Assembly: GCA_037444445.1 (NCBI GenBank) | Contig: JBBIMK010000008.1 | Location: forward strand, 30,001 to 62,000 | DNA length: 32,000 bases | Reading direction: 5' to 3' | Source: a bacterium | GTDB taxonomy: Bacteria; UBP7; UBA6624; JBBIMK01 | Part shown: positions 24,296 to 32,000 of the stretch, one piece after another | How positions within the stretch are numbered: position 1 is the stretch's first letter | How the letters are laid out: every line of letters starts with the position of its first letter | Notes under the pieces: generated by a model | What the model saw: only the letters and a program-made list of their open reading frames with translations | Told to the model about the DNA's origin: nothing | Database searches by the model: none | Program-made: the position numbers and the translations under genes

Positions 24296-24754
24296 ATGTC
24301 ACAGAAGAAAGGCTCAACCAGGGAAGCAGAGAAAGCCAGGTCTTTATCGCGAGTGATAGGGGTGACTGGTTTTCTCGCCCTGGGGCTTGGACTCTTTTTC
24401 ACTGTCCGCCTATTTCTTACGGGGAAACCGGTGGAGATAAAAACCAATGGAGAAGCTCCACCTTACAGGCGAGTGGAGACACGCCCTGTTCTTCCCTCTT
24501 CTCTTTTCACTGGTGCTGTGGCAGAAGCCTATCAGGCTGCCCACGATATGCCCGATTTCATTGACCAGTTTTACTGCTACTGCCAGTGCAAGGAATATCA
24601 CGGGCACAAAACTCTTCTTACCTGTTTTACTGATAAGCACGCCGCTAATTGCGACATTTGTTTATATCAAGCCCTCACTGCTGTCCAGATGAGCAAAGAA
24701 GGAAAGTCTGCGGATGCCATTCGCCATTTCTTCTCCTCCCGTTTCGCCCAGTAA
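24296..24754 (+). CDS. PCYCGC-motif family membrane-anchored protein
   Basis: N-terminal TM VIGVTGFLALGLGLFFTVRLFL. The Cys cluster is FYCYCQCKEYHGHKTLLTCFTDKHAANCDICLYQAL, matching the CYCxC...GH...CF...C-x2-C pattern of the PCYCGC family. AGGAGGT lies 8 nt upstream. Confidence 0.7.
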   Translation: MSQKKGSTREAEKARSLSRVIGVTGFLALGLGLFFTVRLFLTGKPVEIKTNGEAPPYRRVETRPVLPSSLFTGAVAEAYQAAHDMPDFIDQFYCYCQCKEYHGHKTLLTCFTDKHAANCDICLYQALTAVQMSKEGKSADAIRHFFSSRFAQ

Positions 24755-24844
24755 ACCCGGTCCCTGACCCTGGCTCATAGTAATGGTTTCTAAGAAGATG
24801 GACAGCCACCCCTCTGGCTTCTAACTTGTTCAACAGGAAATATC

Positions 24845-24871
24845 ACAGGATGAGTTGATGCGAAATCCTGT
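24845..24871 (+). terminator. Weak candidate terminator after the metal island
   Basis: ACAGGAT (24845-24851) pairs with ATCCTGT (24865-24871) around a 13-nt loop, followed by TTAT. The stem is short and AT-containing. Confidence 0.2.
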
Positions 24872-25013
24872 TTATGCCGTGACTTTTTAATGTGCTCTCA
24901 ATTACTATTTTTAGTTTTCTGATTAGAGAAAGACTCCGCTGAGAAAATTTTATGGATGGGTGTTCTCTGACTTCGGCACCGCTGTTCCGGCGCAAGCCTT
25001 ACCACCCTCACTT

Positions 25014-25568
25014 TCACCGGAATAAAACGGGGAGTTCAATGTAAGTGCCGGGAGGGATTCCAAAGGACCAAATTTGAGTGTTGGGAGCACCCGTAAAATA
25101 CTGGCGAATCAAACAAATAGGCACAGCATGGGTGACGACGCAGATGGTGCCTTCCGGATTTTGTCGGAGGATACGCCATAGAGAAGACAGGACTCTTTTA
25201 CGGATATGGCGGAAAGGTTCACCGTGTGGAGGTGAAAGGTGTTCCGGGTTTTCCCGCCAGCGTGCGAGCCAGTGAGAATAACGGCGTTGGACTTCTTCCT
25301 GGGTCAGCCCTTCCAGTTTGCCCTGATAAATTTCCCTTAACCCCGGAGCCAGGCGAATCGCCAGATGAAGCCTCTGTGAAATGTATTCTGCTGTTTCAAC
25401 CGCTCTTTTAAGCGGGCTGGAATACAGACAGCGTATGGATTTTTTAGTGAGTTCCTCTGCCATCAGATAGGCTTGTTGCCTTCCTTGTTCGGTGAGAGGG
25501 ATGTCCGTTTGCCCCTGGAATCTCCTCTCACGGTTGTATTGGGTTTCTCCGTGCCGAACGAGGAGCAG
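25014..25568 (-). CDS. Histidine phosphatase superfamily (phosphoglycerate-mutase-like); candidate glucosyl-3-phosphoglycerate phosphatase
   Basis: The ORF track starts at internal Met 25463. The same frame is open upstream to 25613 and encodes the catalytic N terminus KLLLVRHGETQYNRERRFQGQTDIPLTEQG (RHG motif). That stretch contains no ATG/GTG/TTG. The start given here is CTG 25568 and is provisional. Confidence 0.7.
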   Translation of the reverse strand: MLLVRHGETQYNRERRFQGQTDIPLTEQGRQQAYLMAEELTKKSIRCLYSSPLKRAVETAEYISQRLHLAIRLAPGLREIYQGKLEGLTQEEVQRRYSHWLARWRENPEHLSPPHGEPFRHIRKRVLSSLWRILRQNPEGTICVVTHAVPICLIRQYFTGAPNTQIWSFGIPPGTYIELPVLFR

Positions 25569-25584
25569 TTTATTCGCTTTCCAC

Positions 25585-27405
25585 CTACCTCCTTTGTAGA
25601 TATTCCTGGATGCTTATAATCGGAGGTCTTCTGTGTTCTTCTACTACTTGCGTTTCCAGATGAAGTTTTTGGGGCTCGTAAATGATTCGCCTCAAAACTG
25701 TTGAAGCGGTATCCAGCAGGTAAAGTTTTTTCTTCTCCTCCGCCCTTTTCAGAATAATTTGTTGAAGGGCAAACGACATTCTGGAAAGGGAGGAAAGGGA
25801 TTGGTGCCGATGCCGAACCATCTGGACATCCACCTGGGCAACAGAAAACAGACCAAACTCCTCCAGAATATCCAGGAGGTGGCCAATCTCCACACCGTAA
25901 CAGGTGTAAAAAGAGAGGTGTTCCAGGATGTTCCTCCTGCCTGCGTAAATGCCGGAAAGTGGCTGTATGATACCGGATAATTCCGGATAGAAAAGGTTGA
26001 GCAAAGGGCGAACAACCAGTTCTGTCACCCTTCCTCCACCGGTGCTGTGGACTACGCCGTCCAGAATCAGAGGCCTTCGGAAATACCCTTTCACATATCC
26101 GACCCTGGAATAGTAAAGCAAAGGCCCCAGAACTCCATAAACGAATTTCGGGTGAGGATTCTTAATATCTGTGTCCATCCACGCTATCAGGTCCCCTTTC
26201 AAAATGTGCAGACTCTTCCAGAGTGCTTCTCCTTTCCCCTGAAAAGTTCCATATTTACGGAGAATTTTAGGATGCTGAAACACGGGAATCTTTCTGGAGC
26301 GAGCAATTTCAACAGTTTTATCCTTGCTTCCAGAATCTATGACCACGATCTCATCCAGCAGAGGATATTCATCCATTAGCACAGGTTTGAGCGTATCCAA
26401 GATATTCGCGAGGGTGGATTCTTCGTTTAGAGCAGGGAGACCAAGACTAATGGTCAAGCCCAGGACTTTTTTTCTTTCCACCAGTTTTTTCAGGTCGCGG
26501 AATTCCCGGAAGTGAAAAGTATTTTCAGCAAACCACTTCTCAATATAGCTTTCTTTCGGCAGAGCGGGTAGGGGAGAAAAGAAAAAGGGTTCTAACGGAC
26601 GGACGGTCCGAACAATCAGAGTGATTCTTCCAGAGGACTCAGCAATCTTGCGGGCCCTCACTCCGGTGGAAAGGGCTGAATTCGGGCCTCTGGCGCCCAT
26701 GACGATGATGTGATGGCTTTTAGCCGCTCGGAGCACCTCTTCCACAAGGTTTCCGGATGTGGTAAGAAATTGAGTTACACGAGGGCTCTTGAGAGCGGAA
26801 TCCAGCACCATTGCATAGGGACGGTCTGCTTCCAGGTCATAAGCGGGTTCAGTTTCTGGAATCTTATGAAGTAGAGTCACTTCTCCGTCACAGGTGTTTG
26901 CAATTTGCACTGCGATTTTCAGAGCCAATTCTGCGTAGGGACCACCCCGCACTGGAAGTAGAATTCGGCACTTCTTCTGAAGTAGAGGTGAAGAAAGGGG
27001 GAAGCGAACGACCCCTGCATCACAGGGAGGATTTTCCATTAACTGGTCAATGATTCTGCTGTAAAAATTCCGGGTTTTTTTACGGCGCAGTTTCCAGATG
27101 AGCAATAAGAAGTCCGCATTCATTTCCTGAGCATGATGGTGAACTTCTTCATAAGCGTTTTTTGATACCTTCACCACACACTCACAGGATGTGTTCTCAG
27201 GAAGCGAGAAACGGGAGATTTTCTGGTGAAGGAGGGCACGCTTTCTACGGAGGTCAAGAGCCACACGACTCATCTGGTCTATTTTTTTTCGCTCTATAAC
27301 CAGTAAAAACCGAATCAGTAAAGGCTCTTCACCCTTCCAGAAAAGAAGGAAAGGAAGCAGATGATGAGCGTCATCAGGCGATGAAATGGGAACCAGAATT
27401 CTCAT
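25585..27405 (-). CDS. gpgS: Tandem USP-like domains fused to glucosyl-3-phosphoglycerate synthase (GT81-type GpgS)
   Basis: The C-terminal ~300 aa resemble GpgS: LPALNEESTL, IVVIDSGSKDKT, QGKGEALWKSL, AWMDTDI, GGGRVTELVVRPLLNLFYPELSGIIQPLSGIYAGRR and YGVEIGHLLD. The N-terminal ~300 aa have two USP-like halves (MRILVPISS...; ILLPVRGGPYAELALKIAV...HHIIVMGARG). Confidence 0.75.
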   Translation of the reverse strand: MRILVPISSPDDAHHLLPFLLFWKGEEPLLIRFLLVIERKKIDQMSRVALDLRRKRALLHQKISRFSLPENTSCECVVKVSKNAYEEVHHHAQEMNADFLLLIWKLRRKKTRNFYSRIIDQLMENPPCDAGVVRFPLSSPLLQKKCRILLPVRGGPYAELALKIAVQIANTCDGEVTLLHKIPETEPAYDLEADRPYAMVLDSALKSPRVTQFLTTSGNLVEEVLRAAKSHHIIVMGARGPNSALSTGVRARKIAESSGRITLIVRTVRPLEPFFFSPLPALPKESYIEKWFAENTFHFREFRDLKKLVERKKVLGLTISLGLPALNEESTLANILDTLKPVLMDEYPLLDEIVVIDSGSKDKTVEIARSRKIPVFQHPKILRKYGTFQGKGEALWKSLHILKGDLIAWMDTDIKNPHPKFVYGVLGPLLYYSRVGYVKGYFRRPLILDGVVHSTGGGRVTELVVRPLLNLFYPELSGIIQPLSGIYAGRRNILEHLSFYTCYGVEIGHLLDILEEFGLFSVAQVDVQMVRHRHQSLSSLSRMSFALQQIILKRAEEKKKLYLLDTASTVLRRIIYEPQKLHLETQVVEEHRRPPIISIQEYLQRR

Positions 27406-27542
27406 TCCTCTGCGTCATCTCCCATATCTTCATTTTATCGTGAATGATAGAAAATCAGAAGCCCTCAGTATGCGGAGGGTTGGCTTGCGGTCGTTCCCTG
27501 AAAGAAGTGTGGTAAGATAGGGTAGCAGGAGGGAGATAAAAT

Positions 27543-30224
27543 ATGTGCTCACCAGGAGGGTTTTTCAAGAGATGGCAGATAGGATGGGTGGTGGCGTGTT
27601 TGATGATTTTTTCCAGTATAGGGGGACGACAGGGCATAGAAGATTTAGAGGATTGGCCCCGAAGGACCAAACGAGCAGAAGAAGAAACGACTTTTGATGA
27701 ACGGGTGAAAGGGGCAGAAGTGCAGAAGGGATTATTCACGCTGTATCGCAGGAAAGACCATTTATACCTGGAGATTCAGCCTTCGCAGCTGGAAAAAAAT
27801 TTCATCATGATTCTCACGCTGGAAAAGGGGCTGGGAATTCGCGACCTACTGGGTGGCTTGCCTATAGATGAATATGTACTGACTTTCCGCAGGATGGAGG
27901 ATAAAGTGTTGTGGATAAAGCGAAACCCCTATTTTCGTGCGGCGAAAGGAACGCCGGTGGAAAGAGCCGTGGAACATGCTTTCTCGGATTCCATTCTGAC
28001 TACCCTTCCTATTGAGGCAGAACATCCAAAGACAGGAGCTCTTCTGATAGATATTCAAAAATATCTGCTGTCGGACATTCCCGCTCTTTCCTTTGCTCTC
28101 CAGCAGGCTCTGGGAGAGGAGTATTCGCTGAATAAAGATGCCAGCCATCTCTCTTATCTCAAAGTATTTCCGGAGAATATAGAATTCGGAGTGCTGTATA
28201 ACTATGTGACTTCAAAGCCCAATTACATAGAAGGGCTTCCGGATGCCCGGAGTGTGGAACTGGGGGTTCGTTATAGTGTTTCCGAGTTGCGGGAGACGGA
28301 TTATCGCCCGCGTCTGGCAGACGACCGCGTGGGGTATTTTCTCGTGGCGCTCAAAGATTTTTCCAGCGACAATCCCCGAAGCCCTTTCGTTCGGTATATC
28401 ATTCGCTGGAATCTGCAGAAAGCGGACCCAACCGCCACCATTTCTCCACCGAAAAAGCCCATTGTATTCTGGGTTGAGAACACTGTTCCGGTGGAGTATC
28501 GGGAGGCTGTAAGGGAAGGAATTTTAATGTGGAATAAAGCCTTTGAAAAGGCAGGCTTCAGGGATGCCATCGTGGCGAAAATTCAGCCGGATGATGCGGA
28601 CTGGGATGCGGCAGATGTCCGTTACAATACCATCCGCTGGATTACTTCCAGCGATGTCTCCTTCGGTGGAATCGGACCTGCCCGTGTCAATCCCCTGACG
28701 GGGGAGATTCTGGATGCGGACATCCTCATAGAAAATGAAACGGTTCGGGGAATTCGCCAGTATTATCGTCGGATAATTGCACCACGCTCCAGCACTTTTC
28801 CAGCCTTTCCTTTCCAGCCATCGTTTAATTTCTGCGAGTTTGGAAGCGTGCTTCAGACGGAAGCAAGTTTTGCGCTTCTGGCGATGACAGCCCGTGGGGA
28901 TTTGCCGCCCGAGGATGTGCCTCCTGAATTTGTCCACGCCTATATTCGGGAACTCGTGGGGCACGAGGTAGGGCATGTGCTGGGGCTACGCCACAATTTT
29001 AAGGGCAGTTTATTGCATAAATTGGAGGATGTGAACCGCCCGGAATTGACACGACAAACCGGCCTCTCCTCCTCCATTATGGACTATATACCGGTGAACC
29101 TGGCTCCTAAAGACATGCCACAGGGTGAGTATTTCACCAGCACGGTAGGCCCCTGGGATGTATGGATGATTGAGTACGGGTATAAACCCATAGATGCCCG
29201 CACTCCGGAAGAGGAATTGGTAGAACTCCGGAAAATTGCATCCCTGACTGTCCTTCCTGAACATGCTTATGGCACGGATGAAGATACTTTCGGCTGGTCG
29301 GAAGAACCGGTTACACCAGACCCTACTTCCAACTGGAGTGATTTAAGTGATGACCCCATAGCCTGGGCGGAACGAAGAATCCAGATTGCTCAGGAAGTTT
29401 TGCCACGGCTGATTGACCGCTCCATACCGGAAGGGGAAGGATACGAATTGCTTCGTCAGAACTTTCATACTTTGCTGATGATGATACGGAATAATACTCA
29501 GGTATTTGCTAAATTTATCGGGGGTCAATATATGAGGAGAATGCATAAAGGGGATGGGGAAGGTCTGCTTCCCATGGAAGTCGTGCCTGCAAAGGAGCAA
29601 AGGCGGGCTTTAGAACTATTGAACCGCTATCTCTTTCTGGATACTTTTTTCCAATTCCCACCGGAATTACTGAATCGCCTTTCACCGAGCCGATGGGCGC
29701 ACTGGGGAAGCGATACATTTTCTTCCGCTCGTTTAGACTACCCCTTACACGAAGTCATCTTAGAGATGCGAGCCGCGGCTCTGCGGCGTCTTCTCCACCC
29801 CTATGTCTTGAGCAGAATTCAAGAGGGTGAGAAGAAGATGCTCCAGGGAAAAGAAGCCTACAGTCTTGCAGAACTTTTTGATTTTTTGCGAGCGGCCATC
29901 TGGAGCGAACTTTCTCAAAAGCCTCCGGCTGGAGGATATTCGGAGCAATCTCCTTTCATATCCAGTTTTCGGCGGGAATTTCAAAAGGAATTTATCCATC
30001 AGTTCATTGACCTGATGCTGGCTCCCGCTGAAGGAACTCCTGAGGATGCCCGGACCCTTGCCTGGGCAACTCTGACTCATCTTCAGAACGAAATTCGGGA
30101 GGTCTTGAGTTCAGATGTGGGGAAAGGGCTGGATTTACTCAGTCGGACTCATCTGGAAGAGACGAAGGTGCGAATTCAGCGGGCATTGGAAGCTCGGTTT
30201 CTTGTTCGTGCGGATTCCCTCTAA
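27543..30224 (+). CDS. Secreted zinc-dependent metalloprotease (metzincin-like HEXXHXXGXXH; large DUF-type family common in Bacteroidota and others)
   Basis: 893 aa with a hydrophobic N terminus (WQIGWVVACLMIFSSIGG). The active-site motif is HEVGHVLGLRHNF, followed by SSSIMDY. AGGAGGGAG lies upstream of the ATG. Confidence 0.8.
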   Translation: MCSPGGFFKRWQIGWVVACLMIFSSIGGRQGIEDLEDWPRRTKRAEEETTFDERVKGAEVQKGLFTLYRRKDHLYLEIQPSQLEKNFIMILTLEKGLGIRDLLGGLPIDEYVLTFRRMEDKVLWIKRNPYFRAAKGTPVERAVEHAFSDSILTTLPIEAEHPKTGALLIDIQKYLLSDIPALSFALQQALGEEYSLNKDASHLSYLKVFPENIEFGVLYNYVTSKPNYIEGLPDARSVELGVRYSVSELRETDYRPRLADDRVGYFLVALKDFSSDNPRSPFVRYIIRWNLQKADPTATISPPKKPIVFWVENTVPVEYREAVREGILMWNKAFEKAGFRDAIVAKIQPDDADWDAADVRYNTIRWITSSDVSFGGIGPARVNPLTGEILDADILIENETVRGIRQYYRRIIAPRSSTFPAFPFQPSFNFCEFGSVLQTEASFALLAMTARGDLPPEDVPPEFVHAYIRELVGHEVGHVLGLRHNFKGSLLHKLEDVNRPELTRQTGLSSSIMDYIPVNLAPKDMPQGEYFTSTVGPWDVWMIEYGYKPIDARTPEEELVELRKIASLTVLPEHAYGTDEDTFGWSEEPVTPDPTSNWSDLSDDPIAWAERRIQIAQEVLPRLIDRSIPEGEGYELLRQNFHTLLMMIRNNTQVFAKFIGGQYMRRMHKGDGEGLLPMEVVPAKEQRRALELLNRYLFLDTFFQFPPELLNRLSPSRWAHWGSDTFSSARLDYPLHEVILEMRAAALRRLLHPYVLSRIQEGEKKMLQGKEAYSLAELFDFLRAAIWSELSQKPPAGGYSEQSPFISSFRREFQKEFIHQFIDLMLAPAEGTPEDARTLAWATLTHLQNEIREVLSSDVGKGLDLLSRTHLEETKVRIQRALEARFLVRADSL

Positions 30225-30357
30225 ACTCACCAGCCTTCCTCTGATTCCACTCACCCGATAAATCAATTCACACTATGGAAGCCAGCGCAAAGTATGCCCG
30301 GCAAATCATAGCACGGTTTTAGAGAGCAGACCCCAAAAAGGTGCGCTGATTTTTATG

Positions 30358-31932
30358 TTAAATGAAGAGGCCCAGTCTACCGAAATAGAAAGAGAGAGAA
30401 GAGTTATATATGTTCGTTAAAAGGCCGGGGAGAACGCCAAAAAGAACGATAAAAAAACTGGGGATGGCAAGGCTGAGCACCTCACGACGGTCCATATCTG
30501 TCAGATGTTTCCAGGTTTCATTCAGCGGTCCCATGAACATCCGTTGAAGCATCCAGAGAGTATAGCCGGCGGTGATGACGATAGCCGGTGCGGCGCAGAT
30601 TGCCAGCAGTCGGAAGGTATAGATTCCGTTCCAGAGGTAGAAGGTGTTTCTGAAGGCCCCCAGATAAGCCAGGGCTTCGCCCCAGAAGCCAGAGAGCCCG
30701 GGCAGAGCCAGGTTTGCCATCCCCACGAGGCCGAAGAAGGCAAAATAAGTGCTCATAACGGCGCCCAGGCCTCCAAACTCGCTCATAATTCGGGTATGTG
30801 CTCGGTCATAAATCACGCCAGTCAGCAAGAAGAGTGCTCCGGAAACGAATCCATGACTGACCATCACAAACATGCCGGCAGAGGCACCTTCCGGTGTCTG
30901 GGTTGCCAACCCGAATAGCACATATCCCATATGGCTTACACTTGCCATGGCAATCAGAGTTTTCAAATCTGCCTGCGCCATGGCTACCAGAGCGGCATAC
31001 ACGATGGAAACCACACCGATGAGGGCAATGAGAATCGCCAGATGCTTCACCGCATCTGGAAAGGTCGGGAAGACAAAACGATAAAACCCATATCCCCCCG
31101 TCTTCAGGAGCAATCCCGCCAGGATAACGCTGATAGGCGTAGGGGCTTCCACATGGGCATCCGGTAGCCAGGTATGAAAAGGCACAATGGGAACTTTTAC
31201 ACCAAAGCCCAGCAGAAAAAGGAAAAACGCAGTAACCTGGAGAGAAAGGGGTAGTTGATGAGTGGTTCGCGCCAGGACGAACGAATTGAAGGTGAGTTCT
31301 TCCGGCTTCAATCCGCTATGCCAGTAAATGAGCAGAATGCCGAAGAGAAGGGCAATACTTCCCGCGAGTGTAAACAGGAAAAATTTAATAGCGGCATAGA
31401 TTCGCCTCGGCCCTCCCCAGATGCCAATGAGAAAATACATAGGCACCAGCATCAATTCCCACATAATAAAGAAGAGAAAATAATCCATAGATATAAACAC
31501 TCCGATAATGCTCATCTCCAGTAAAAGGAATAAGATGGAATATTCCTTCACCCGGAAATGGATGCTCCAGGAGCCGAGAGCGGCGGCGACGAAAAGAATG
31601 GCAGTGAGCATCACCATAGCCAGGCTGATGCCATCCACCTGCACATGATAATAAGCGCCAATCTGAGGAAACCAGGGAATCATCAGCCCGAATTCTCTTT
31701 GAAATCCTCCCTTCATATAGTCATACAGCGTCATCATATAGCCCACTTCTCCGGCGACTACGAGAGTGACCAGAAGGGTGAAGGTTCGGATGGCTTTCTC
31801 TTTTGCGGGAGGAAAGAAAGTCAGGAGGATAAGACCGATGAGAGGAGTAAAAAGAATCAGGGTAGGTAAATTGGTTATCATCGCACGAAGAATCTCCACA
31901 GCGGGCAGTAAGGTTACCTGTGCTTCTTCCAT
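30358..31932 (-). CDS. nuoM: NADH-quinone oxidoreductase subunit M (complex I antiporter-like subunit)
   Basis: 524 aa and polytopic, with the NuoM/ND4 signature FFIMWELMLVPMYFLIGIWGGPRRIYAAIKFFLFTLAGS and VPIVPFHTWLPDAHVEAPT. GGAGGA lies about 10 nt upstream of ATG 31932. Confidence 0.85.
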   Translation of the reverse strand: MEEAQVTLLPAVEILRAMITNLPTLILFTPLIGLILLTFFPPAKEKAIRTFTLLVTLVVAGEVGYMMTLYDYMKGGFQREFGLMIPWFPQIGAYYHVQVDGISLAMVMLTAILFVAAALGSWSIHFRVKEYSILFLLLEMSIIGVFISMDYFLFFIMWELMLVPMYFLIGIWGGPRRIYAAIKFFLFTLAGSIALLFGILLIYWHSGLKPEELTFNSFVLARTTHQLPLSLQVTAFFLFLLGFGVKVPIVPFHTWLPDAHVEAPTPISVILAGLLLKTGGYGFYRFVFPTFPDAVKHLAILIALIGVVSIVYAALVAMAQADLKTLIAMASVSHMGYVLFGLATQTPEGASAGMFVMVSHGFVSGALFLLTGVIYDRAHTRIMSEFGGLGAVMSTYFAFFGLVGMANLALPGLSGFWGEALAYLGAFRNTFYLWNGIYTFRLLAICAAPAIVITAGYTLWMLQRMFMGPLNETWKHLTDMDRREVLSLAIPSFFIVLFGVLPGLLTNIYNSSLSFYFGRLGLFI

Positions 31933-31939
31933 TCTCTAT

Positions 31940-32000
31940 CTATCCTCCTTTGAACAGGAATTTCATGAGAATCAGAATCAGGGCAATGGAAGCCAGCATG
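31940..32000 (-). CDS. 3' end of an upstream membrane-subunit gene (possibly nuoL), partial
   Basis: My minus-strand translation is ...MLASIALILILMKFLFKGG*, with stop TAG at 31942-31940. It is a hydrophobic tail located directly upstream of nuoM. Identity is inferred from position only. Confidence 0.3.
   Translation of the reverse strand, partial: MLASIALILILMKFLFKGG

Noticed and set aside
11303-24800. Mobile-element hallmarks (integrase, transposase, terminal inverted repeats, tRNA-adjacent att site) that would make the metal island a genomic island or transposon.
   Set aside because: No such genes or terminal inverted repeats were found by eye. The tRNA cluster is separated from the island by two unrelated genes. 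Only the internal direct repeat (17953/24205) was kept as a finding.
30283-30348. Inverted repeat CAGCGCA ... TGCGCTG followed by ATTTTTAT, between the convergent protease and nuoM genes, considered as a bidirectional terminator.
   Set aside because: The arms are only 7 bp and are separated by a 52-nt loop. This is not a convincing intrinsic terminator without folding calculations.
1-32000. CRISPR arrays, rRNA genes and toxin-antitoxin or defence-system signatures.
   Set aside because: I saw no short regularly spaced repeats, no rRNA-like sequence, and no nuclease, helicase or methylase-type ORFs in any frame.

Overview
Bacterial chromosomal window of roughly 50% GC, probably from a diderm, since it encodes a TolC-family outer-membrane factor.

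**1-9623 (all minus strand).** A compact housekeeping string: five tRNAs (Pro-Arg-Arg-Lys-Gly) -> tig -> clpP -> clpX -> lon -> valS -> folC. Junctions are overlapping or only 3-20 nt.

**9.7-11.3 kb (plus strand).** A small membrane protein and a single-domain ArsA/Get3-like ATPase.

**11.5-24.8 kb (plus strand).** A heavy-metal island begins at a near-consensus promoter (11531-11558).
- It opens with a small exported Cys/His ORF, then cusC-cusB-cusA. These are the Cu(I)/Ag(I) type: the CusA Met triad is conserved and CusB carries three Met-rich segments.
- An 11-gene module (18009-24754) follows without a break. It contains three free-standing YHS mini-proteins, a PII-like::YHS fusion, a TRASH::JAB/MPN fusion, and a Met/His-rich periplasmic protein.
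- It also contains a NapH/CcoG-type Fe-S polytopic membrane protein with an exported N-terminal domain, a small exported His-start protein, an orphan b6-type cytochrome b, and a PCYCGC-motif protein.
- This module is the best candidate for an undescribed system. My hypothesis is a redox-coupled copper-handling and regulation unit feeding CusCBA.
- An imperfect direct repeat at the 3' ends of cusA and the cytochrome b gene brackets most of the module.

**24.8-32 kb.** A USP-fused glucosyl-3-phosphoglycerate synthase plus a histidine-phosphatase partner (minus strand), a secreted HEXXH zinc metalloprotease (plus strand), nuoM, and the tail of the upstream nuo-like gene (minus strand).

**Not seen.** No rRNA, CRISPR, transposase or integrase.

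**Start codons.** Three genes have functional N-terminal sequence upstream of the first ATG/GTG/TTG. This points to CTG/ATT initiation, recoding, or assembly indels.
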